From Naegleria gruberi (Eukaryota): a stretch of DNA of 64,000 nucleotides. Below are positions 56,160-64,000 of this stretch, piece by piece. The stretch is taken from assembly GCA_000004985.1 (NCBI GenBank), contig GG738906.1. The stretch is one strand, 5' to 3'. Numbering within the stretch: position 1 is the first letter of the stretch; the number at the start of each line of letters is the position of its first letter. The notes beneath the pieces are model-generated. The model made no database searches and was not told where the DNA came from. It saw only the letters and a list, made by a program, of their open reading frames with translations. The position numbers were made by a program, and so were the translations under genes.

Positions 56160-58471
56160 TTAAAAATGGTTTTTATTTGGCTTTTTGTTTTGAGCAATAA
56201 CAGCTTGGGAATTGTAAAGGTCAGCTATTTGCTCTGCTGAGGTGGCTTGTTCTGGCTTTTTGTCTTCTCTTGTTCTAACAAATCTTGGAAATCTTAGGGC
56301 AATACCTTTAGATTCATCAACTAGTCCTATTGCAGCCATGTGAGCAGGCGAAATGGTAAGATCAGCTGCCTTAATCTCCCAAACAACATTGGCATCAAAC
56401 CATACATCAGGTCTTTGACTTTCTCTAAAGCTAAAGTAGGATTTTGGTGCAGAAATTATGTGTTCATTCATTTTATCTGCACATTCCTTCAGCATTTCGT
56501 CTGAAAATCCTGTTCCTATCTTACATATAGATTGGTATTGGTCGGATTCTGGATCAAAGCATGCAAGTAAAAAGCCACCATAAACACCAGTACGTTTACC
56601 TCTTCCCTTGTAGCCTCCGATAACTACCAAGTCAACCGAGTCACCTAACCCTTCAATATAATCCTTCTTAAGCTTTAACCAGTTGAAAGACCTTTTTGAG
56701 GGTTCATAAGTGGCATCTACCTCTAAAGTTTTAACCATCAAACCTTCACAGTTACCCTTGATTGAATCTTCCAAAAACACTTGAATGTCATTAAGGTCGT
56801 TTGTATCTCTGTGGGATGCAAACATGAATTTATCGTCAGAGGTAGCGAAAGAATCATGAAGTATTCCTCTTCTTTCCTTAAGATTCTTCTTGAGGCATGA
56901 CTCACCATTAATGTACAGAATATCAAAGGCAAATAGACAAACCTGAACCTTGATATCATTAATATTAATATTTTTTCTTCCTCTTGTGCTTAGTACCTGG
57001 AAAGGTTTAATCTTTTTTTCAATAGGATCAAAGGCAACAACCTCACAGTCAATAATGAAACTCTTGACATGTTCTTTAGTAACTTGAGGAAGCATTTGAA
57101 TCAAGTCAGGATATTTGCTGGTGTGGTTTTCCATATTTCTACTGAAAATTTTGATAGACTTATCTGGAAGCATGTGTATTTGGGCTCTCTCTCCATCATA
57201 TTTGAATTCACAGGTAAATTCTTTTTCTCCAAACCTGTCAAATAATTCTTGAACACCTTTTGCGCTCTTAGCCAACATTGGACGAACTGGAAATCCAGGT
57301 TTCAAATGGCAAATATCATGTAACTTTTCGAAACCATGTTCTAATAAAGCTGGTATAATGTCATCATAACTTGGAAGTTCAGAGTAGACAGATTTAAGAG
57401 TTTCCTTAGCAAACTTAAGGTCTGCTTCATCTAGAACTTTTTTACCACCCCTACTCAATAAAATCGCATGGGAAAGAGCAATTAGCACTGTCTCTTCACC
57501 AAGTCCTATTCTCAATTTACCTTGTAAGGACCTTATGATAAACATTGGCTCAACATCAACTGAGGAAACGAGCAATAATTTAATCTTCTCTACTTTTGTG
57601 TTCATACTCTTCTTACCTTCTGTTGTGGCAATAAATTTGAACGAATCATAAACACTCTTAAGGGTTAATGATTTAGGTTTGAACATGGTTTTTTGTGTAC
57701 TTCTAGCTACATTTGCCACTAGACCAAGATCACCTTCTTTAACACTCAATTCTTTGATTTTCTTCAATGTCTTTCCGGTTGCCTCTGCTAGAGCTTTCAT
57801 AATTAAACTTTCACCAACACCCAACTCGATACCAAAGTGGGAAGGCGCTAATTTGTTAATAGATAAATAGACAGAATAAAGCAAATCACTTGGTGATGTA
57901 GCAATAATACTTCTAAAACAATTACATAACAGTTCAGTTTTTTTGATAGAAGAACCAATTTTTGAAATTTCATCTAAAGTTTTGGCAAGAAAAAGGTATG
58001 GTGCACTTTTAAATTTAGACAAAATTAGAGTAGTAAAAACAAACCTATTTCCAGTCTTCCAGGTTGCAGAGGCGATTGGGTCGTATGAGTTGTATTCATA
58101 GTTTGGAGCTTTAGAATTCTTTTTAACACTCGTTGAAACTTTACAAGAAACCGAATCATTTTCTTCTTCAATCTCATCATGATCTTCTTCCTCTTCTTCA
58201 TCGGAAGAGTATGATGTAGTATCCATTAATGTAGAGGTTTTTTCCTCCTCCTCTTCTTCTATTGTTTCGTCATCAATTTCATCATCTATTATTTTTCTTT
58301 TTTTTGTTTCATCGGATTGTTCAACTTTTTCTTTTCTCTCCTCATCGTTTCTTTTTCTTTTCTCTGTTTGTTGCGAATTTTTTGATCCAAAGAATGATCT
58401 GTTTTTACGGTAATTATGGCTTTGCTCCAGATTTGTGAAACTTACGTCAAGGAAGATTGTTCTTTTTTCAT
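56160..58471 (-). CDS. LIG1: ATP-dependent DNA ligase I with an N-terminal PCNA-interacting PIP box. Exons 58446..58471 (26-nt first exon) and 56160..58398, separated by a 47-nt intron 58399..58445 (GTAAGT…AAACAG)
   Basis: Catalytic motifs EFTCEFKYDGERAQIH (KxDGxR), …EGLMVK…, DLVVIGGYKGRGKRTG, plus a DNA-binding domain and an OB fold. The ORF-track N-terminus (MMRVDIEC…, from 58703) is non-genic read-through. Splicing ATGAAAAAAGAACAATCTTCCTTGAC|GTAAGT…CAG|A gives MKKEQSSLTSFFGSKNSQQTEKRKR…, with a canonical QxxLxxFF PIP box (human LIG1 has MQRSIMSFF). Confidence 0.85.
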
Positions 58472-58807
58472 TTTTTTTTATTTTTAACAACAATTTTTGG
58501 CGCGATGTCGTTTCATTAATTCTGGTTGAGACAGTAACATTGTTAACTTGATTCAAACAATCAAAAAGTAAATCCCAAAAGGCTGACACATTCATTTTCA
58601 TAGTAACATGAACATTCTTTGGAAGATTTGTCATGTGATAAATGTCACACACAGTTCTTCCATCACAAAACCTGGAGTTACATTCAATATCAACCCTCAT
58701 CAATTCACATTCAAAGAGGGATGGATTAATGAGATAGGCTATTGTGCATGGATCGTGGAGTGGGGGATTTCTTTTGATTTTGTATTAATATAGAGTATTT
58801 GAAATAC

Positions 58808-59647
58808 TTACTCCATGTAAAACACTCTCTTATAAGTTTGCTTGAAAAAGAGCAACAACTGTTTACAAATAGTTCCAAAATTTGAGTTCATATCTTCACA
58901 TCTTTTGATAATTTCTGGTGTGGCTAAGGCTGTGTGAGTAACTTCCAATGGTACCATTACAACTTTCAAGCCTGATTCAAATAGGACTTGGGCAGCTTCT
59001 GGATCTCCTTCCACATTAAATTCAGCAGCCCTACCAGTATTTCCAAAATTAATGGCTCCTCCCATAACAATAATTTGTGAAATGTATTGTTTAACTTCTG
59101 GATATAATATCAATAAAAGAGCAGCATTGGTAAATTGACCTGTACATACAAGATTGACAGGTCTTTTTTGAGATGAAATAACCTTGTACATATAGTTGAC
59201 TGCTTTTTCATCAGCTATTGGGCTCTTATTTGGGATAGGAAATGTTGGTCCATCAAAGTCTAAACCAGACTCACCATGAATTTCCGCACAACTTTAAATA
59301 AATCAAAATAAATAATCATAATTTCAATTTTCATAAATAAACATTGTGAAAACCTACTGCTTGGCAGGTCGAATGATCGGTTTGCTTTGTCCTCTAACAA
59401 CAGGGATGTCAGCAAAATTTGGTCCCATAGATGATATGGCCTTCAAACAATTGATTGTAGTCTTGTCAACAGATTGATTACCTCCTACTGATGAAATTCC
59501 TAACAATTTAATGGATGGATGAATACACATCAAAATAGCAAAAAAATCATCGTGACCAGGGTCACAGTCAAGCCTTAACTTGTTCAAAATACATCGGACA
59601 ATGTCAAATACATACCACACGAGTGAAGGATCTTCATAGGTAGCCAT
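58808..59647 (-). CDS. Inosine-uridine-preferring nucleoside hydrolase (IU-NH). Two exons, approximately 59358..59647 and 58808..59291, with a ~66-nt intron
   Basis: The N-terminal IU-NH signature is LDCDPGHDDFFAIL. After the intron comes …LCGIHGESGLDFDGP…, then VMGGAINFGN, EFNVEGDPEAAQ and VMVPLEVTH. The exact splice junction is unresolved: the GTAGGT donor after …PAKQ is phase 2 but the only acceptor (TTTAAAG|) is phase 0. Confidence 0.7.
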
Positions 59648-59825
59648 TTTTTAAATAATTAATTTTTTAAATATTAATTTTTTAATGACCTTGGATCTCC
59701 TACCAATAGAACAAAAACGTCTCCTTTCGTTGATTAGATTGATAAAAAAAAGTAATGGTACAACAACCCTCTTCCTTTGATAGAACATTTAACGCTTGTG
59801 GAATTTTGTGTGTGACACAAACTAG

Positions 59826-59832
59826 CCGCCCA
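59826..59832. promoter_or_regulatory. GC-box-like element (reverse complement TTTGGGCGGC), ~100 bp upstream of the giant secreted-protein gene
   Basis: GCCGCCC embedded in AT-rich sequence. It shares the TTTGGGCGG core and flanks with the other two sites. Confidence 0.25.
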
Positions 59833-59930
59833 AAAACAGGGGCACCTTTTACTGTTCAAGTCAAAATTTATTCAAAAAGAAAATCCAAACACCACGTAAC
59901 TATTTTTTGAAGGAGTGTTTAGGTGGCAAG

Positions 59931-62900
59931 ATGAAGCAATATTTGTTAAATGTGGCGCTTTTGTTATTAATTTTCTGTGTTTGTGTTTCTTCTTCGGTTG
60001 CTACAAGAAGCAGTACAGAGATTTGTGGATTATTAAGAAGTTTTTCATCGTTCAAGCCTAATGCAGATCCAGATTACTTGGTCGGATTAGATGATTTATC
60101 TTGGGTGAGCACAGCTTGCCAATCCTTAAATACCAACGATACGGAGTGGACTTTCAGTACAGGATGGTTGGAATCTAAAACCATCAAGCCAACTTTTCTG
60201 CCTTCCCAACTCTCTACAATTAACACCAATATATTAAGAAACACTACATTTTCCTACAATATGGAAAATGATACCATCTATTTGGAGGTTACCTTTTCGA
60301 TCAATTCAATTGTGAAGGGAAAAGTTGATGTTATCAATGTGGATGCAGAAGAATTGATCTATACATTTAAGAAATCTACCAGGGATTACATCGATTTTTC
60401 TTCCCTTTCCTTTTCCCCAATTTCTTGGGAGGGAAGCTTAACTTCAAATTCTTGCAACGCTTCAAATATTAATTCCTTCACGAGAACTATATGTTTTTTC
60501 GATTCAAACCTCTTTGATGGCTCTAAGCCTGTTATTTTGGCCATAGGTAATTCTACTAATGATGTTGAGAATGGACTCAGCCAAGAAATTACTTCAAGTT
60601 TCATGTATTTGGCGACTCAATTTGGTGTCAACACACACTTTACTCAAATATCTCCATATAGTTTTAGTTCACCTTCGGTGAGAGGGGTTTTTTTGGATAG
60701 CTCCATGATGTTGAGGCACTTTACAAATGCTACCTACATTCCAAAATCAAAACTTTTTGATTATGAGAAAAACGTCTTCTTTTCAAATCAAGGAGAACTT
60801 TATCAATTATCTGTAGAATGTATAGCAGAAAACTGTTTAGGATCAACCATTGAAGCTCTTAAAGAACTTTTAGAAGAGTCAACTAGAGCTACAAACTGCT
60901 CTATTTCATTCGAAAGAGCTAAATCAAGTTTGACAGCAGCTATTTTTATTACTGATACATCCATCCACCCTCTTGCTTACTCTGGATATAGTGAAGGATT
61001 CGCATTTTGTAGAAATATCAATGATAGTGCGGTTAGTGTTAGAATCGCTGTTAGGGCAACACCAGTAAATGAAATATGGCCTGTCAAACTATATACCCAA
61101 AACGCAAAGAGTGCTTCTACCTTATTACGTTCTATACCTCTATCTTTGAATGGGTATATTTCAGGAAAAATACATTATAATGGTGATTTGTACTATTCTT
61201 ATCCATCAAACATTTATTCCAGTTTGCCTAATAGTGGAGTTTTTATAAGAGATTTGTCCATCAATACCAAATTGATTCATAACGTTATGGGAAAGGTTAG
61301 AAATTCATTATTTACAAACGTATCTGTTCTTGATCAATATGTACTTGGTTTAATGAGTGAAACAAATGTAGATTCAATAATTGCAGATTATTCGAGTGGC
61401 ACAATGTTTCCAACCTTTATTGGATTTTTTAAACATTTTTCTGAGAAATATTATGATAGTATCAGATTCTTGATTAAGAATGACACTGAGTCAACTGTTG
61501 AAGTTTCCATAATTTGCTCCAACAAAGAGTCAATTAATATTACTGATTATGGCATTTCTTCCATAAATTCTCAATTAGAAATCTTTAGAACCAAGGTGTT
61601 AGAAAAATATCCAGAATTATCAAACCTTAAAACCAATACTATTTCCGAAGTTACCCTACTTTCAAAACAACTCTTTACTGGTGCTGTTACTTCCATGATC
61701 CACATTACTGGCTTTTCAACAGAAGATGTATCAGTTTTTGTTGGTTCTCAATTGGATTATTCTGCATCTTTATATTTGAAGGCAAACTTTGAGCAAAGCT
61801 TATTTTCGGAAATTTACGCCTCCCATGATTACAAGACTAATAGTAGTGCGATAAAAGGAAAAATCACAAGAAATGGAGAAGCATTTTTTGTTGGATTGAG
61901 TGAAGGAAATGTAATAGTGGGATCCTCCCCTGCAGGTGTTTCTTTCATGAAGTATTCTGACGCAATTTCTATTCTTTCTAGTAGAGTAGATTCTATTCCT
62001 AACATTAACAGAACAATACCCCTCATTTCAAACGTTCTAACTCTAGTAACGGACAAGTTCAGTATTGAAAATATGCTAATCGTTTTAGCAGCCAAATTGA
62101 GATCTACACAACAAGCTAATACTATTGAAGTTTCTGCAGTAATAGAAGAATTTTTATACTCATTCTGCTTTGATTATGGTTGTAGTGGTTCTATCACAGC
62201 CAATGTTTCTCCAAAAGATGGTTCTAATTTGGGAATGTCACTGTCTATTGTGAAAATGCAACATCTGCACATTGTTGAAAATAATTTGGAGATGTTGCCA
62301 ATAACTCCTACAGTAGGTGTATCTTCATTAATTAGAATGGATACGTTTATCCATTTATCCTTAATTAATCCTTCATTCGAGTCATTCACTATTAAAGGGA
62401 AAGGAGAATTAGATAATTGGGCAGTTCCCTTCAGATATAATATGCAATCAGGAAGAGTTTTACAAAGTTTTATATCATTTGATATTAATATGCCATCTTA
62501 TGTTAATTTTGAAATTATTATGGGAATAGAAATTGAACATAACAATGAATCAATCTTTTTCAATTTTAAATCAGGAAATTTGCTGTTATCAAATAACATT
62601 CCATCTATTCAATTTTCAGGTGATGGCCAAGATAGCTTTGTTCCACCTCAAAATGTGATGTACACGCTTAAGGATGTGTTTAAAGTTTTAACACCAATCA
62701 AGAATGGTCCTCTTAATTTTAAAGTTCCGTTTTTAACTGACGATTTCAACCAGTTTGTTGAATGGGATGGTTATGTTGATACACTCACAGACATGTTACT
62801 TTATCCTAAAATGTTGAGAGGGTCAGACCCACTAGTTTCATTTACTTTAGCAGAAGAGCAGACCCTACTAGATGATTTGAATATCACTATTAATGGTATT

Positions 62901-64000
62901 ATATATCACTGTGCTGGATTTAGTATTGATAACAATTCCACAAATACCACTATTAATAGTTTTAACAGAGGTTTGGAAAAGTGTAATTTAGGCTCTATTT
63001 TATGTGCCAAAGAGTTTAAAAATGAAGTGTCTGATTTTTTAATTGGTATTTTCCCTTTCAATCATTATGGAATCTATCAAATGGAACTAAAGTTTTCTTC
63101 CAATATAAGGGCACCTCAATTTTTTGAATACCAAGTTCCATTTTATCCAATATTCTCTTCATGGAGTGAATTAAGTTGGTTACTCCACATTACCACAAAT
63201 GAGGTTCTCAAAAAACCAGTTGTTTCTACAGTAGATAGGAAATTCCTTCCTATCCCAGAAGAGATGCAAAATGTTTACCCAGCTCAATTTAAAACAATAT
63301 CAGTAGATTTTACATTGAAAAATAATGTTATGAAACCTTCTACATTTGTAAAATTTTTGGAGGACTCTGGAAGTAAGATTTCTTTAGAAACTACTGGTAC
63401 AGCCAATGTGCACAATAATATCCAATTTAACGGAAAGTATGGTTACGTTTTTTCCATTCCTGGTTTATATAATATTACACTACTTACTAACGCTGATTCT
63501 AATTTTACAATTTATAAGAACATTACAGAGTTAGGTTCTTCATTCTCAATGTCCATTAAGGCACAATTAAGGACAGCCACTGAAACAAAGACAGTAACAT
63601 CTAATTTACATATTAGTCTTCCAATTGGAAGAAATTTCTCAGATATCATGATGAATTGGTTACCTGAGCAAGTAGACTACGATATCAGACCAATGTTTTT
63701 TGTTGATGTTAATACAGGTAGCGAAATTTTAGGGACACAAGATCAAATTCAAATAACCCTTAGAAGAGTTATGCTAGAAACTGACAAATTCCTTGTACCT
63801 CTATCATTATTTATTTATGATAGCAATGTACCAATTATTTCAATGACATCACAAATACCTCCAACATCTTTACCAATTTCTTCAGAAATTTCTATCACTT
63901 CACTGCTGAATTTAACTTCTAATGACGATCTTTCATTAAAATCTGGTTCATTGGGTTTATTTGGAGTGAAACCTACTTCAGAGATGGATGGGTCTGGAAT
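59931..64000 (+). CDS. Very large secreted, heavily N-glycosylated protein (>1356 aa), 3' end beyond the window; unknown function
   Basis: Starts ATG 59931 with signal peptide MKQYLLNVALLLLIFCVCVSSSVA. Read by hand, the frame stays open to the window end, about 4.07 kb. It is absent from the ORF track, presumably because no stop falls inside the window. It has dozens of N-x-S/T sequons, scattered Cys and no TM segment so far. Only short spurious ORFs occur on the opposite strand. Confidence 0.6.
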   Translation, partial: MKQYLLNVALLLLIFCVCVSSSVATRSSTEICGLLRSFSSFKPNADPDYLVGLDDLSWVSTACQSLNTNDTEWTFSTGWLESKTIKPTFLPSQLSTINTNILRNTTFSYNMENDTIYLEVTFSINSIVKGKVDVINVDAEELIYTFKKSTRDYIDFSSLSFSPISWEGSLTSNSCNASNINSFTRTICFFDSNLFDGSKPVILAIGNSTNDVENGLSQEITSSFMYLATQFGVNTHFTQISPYSFSSPSVRGVFLDSSMMLRHFTNATYIPKSKLFDYEKNVFFSNQGELYQLSVECIAENCLGSTIEALKELLEESTRATNCSISFERAKSSLTAAIFITDTSIHPLAYSGYSEGFAFCRNINDSAVSVRIAVRATPVNEIWPVKLYTQNAKSASTLLRSIPLSLNGYISGKIHYNGDLYYSYPSNIYSSLPNSGVFIRDLSINTKLIHNVMGKVRNSLFTNVSVLDQYVLGLMSETNVDSIIADYSSGTMFPTFIGFFKHFSEKYYDSIRFLIKNDTESTVEVSIICSNKESINITDYGISSINSQLEIFRTKVLEKYPELSNLKTNTISEVTLLSKQLFTGAVTSMIHITGFSTEDVSVFVGSQLDYSASLYLKANFEQSLFSEIYASHDYKTNSSAIKGKITRNGEAFFVGLSEGNVIVGSSPAGVSFMKYSDAISILSSRVDSIPNINRTIPLISNVLTLVTDKFSIENMLIVLAAKLRSTQQANTIEVSAVIEEFLYSFCFDYGCSGSITANVSPKDGSNLGMSLSIVKMQHLHIVENNLEMLPITPTVGVSSLIRMDTFIHLSLINPSFESFTIKGKGELDNWAVPFRYNMQSGRVLQSFISFDINMPSYVNFEIIMGIEIEHNNESIFFNFKSGNLLLSNNIPSIQFSGDGQDSFVPPQNVMYTLKDVFKVLTPIKNGPLNFKVPFLTDDFNQFVEWDGYVDTLTDMLLYPKMLRGSDPLVSFTLAEEQTLLDDLNITINGIIYHCAGFSIDNNSTNTTINSFNRGLEKCNLGSILCAKEFKNEVSDFLIGIFPFNHYGIYQMELKFSSNIRAPQFFEYQVPFYPIFSSWSELSWLLHITTNEVLKKPVVSTVDRKFLPIPEEMQNVYPAQFKTISVDFTLKNNVMKPSTFVKFLEDSGSKISLETTGTANVHNNIQFNGKYGYVFSIPGLYNITLLTNADSNFTIYKNITELGSSFSMSIKAQLRTATETKTVTSNLHISLPIGRNFSDIMMNWLPEQVDYDIRPMFFVDVNTGSEILGTQDQIQITLRRVMLETDKFLVPLSLFIYDSNVPIISMTSQIPPTSLPISSEISITSLLNLTSNDDLSLKSGSLGLFGVKPTSEMDGSG

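Noticed and set aside
58472-58703. ORF-track N-terminal 77 aa of the 56160..58703 ORF (MMRVDIECNSRFCDGRTVCD…)
   Set aside because: Its composition (Cys, Trp and Phe-rich, no homology) looks like a random translation of the 5' flank. A spliced 26-nt ATG exon gives a far better PIP-box N-terminus, so I treat this as promoter/5'UTR read-through.
1-64000. Prokaryotic features (operons, CRISPR, tRNA/rRNA, mobile elements)
   Set aside because: Canonical GT-AG introns occur in nearly every gene, along with PIP boxes, CAAX boxes, and SAM50, PAK and eIF3j genes. These show the window is eukaryotic nuclear DNA. I found no cloverleaf-like tRNA candidates, rDNA, direct-repeat arrays or transposase/integrase ORFs.

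Overview
This is AT-rich (~65–68% AT) eukaryotic nuclear DNA with a standard genetic code; long ORFs end in TAA, TGA or TAG. It is very gene-dense (~32 protein genes in 64 kb, both strands), with many short spliceosomal introns (about 37–95 nt, GTAAGT/GTAGGT/GTATGT/GTTTGT…AG). Some convergent gene pairs are separated by only 10–60 bp, and one pair overlaps in coding sequence. I saw no rRNA or tRNA genes, CRISPR arrays or obvious transposons. The genes are typical eukaryotic housekeeping and signalling genes: SRP54, eIF3j, LSm6, DNA ligase I with a PIP box, a SAM50 beta-barrel protein, a PAK kinase, an ankyrin-repeat kinase, a CMGC kinase, a Rho GTPase with a CAAX box, an FAAH-like amidase, a Pex6/AFG2-like double AAA ATPase and an IU-nucleoside hydrolase. 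There are also several bacterial-type metabolic genes that carry introns: a CysE-type serine acetyltransferase, a hemerythrin and a DUF676 esterase. Low-complexity N/Q/S-rich tracts are common. The organism is most likely an AT-rich protist or early-diverging eukaryote, but I cannot assign it. The ORF track often splits genes at introns, so I re-joined exons by reading splice signals and reading frames. Three genes run off the window or have their true start outside the tracked ORF: the AAA ATPase at the left edge, a >1350-aa secreted glycoprotein at the right edge with no ORF-track entry, and DNA ligase I, whose real first exon is a 26-nt PIP-box exon.
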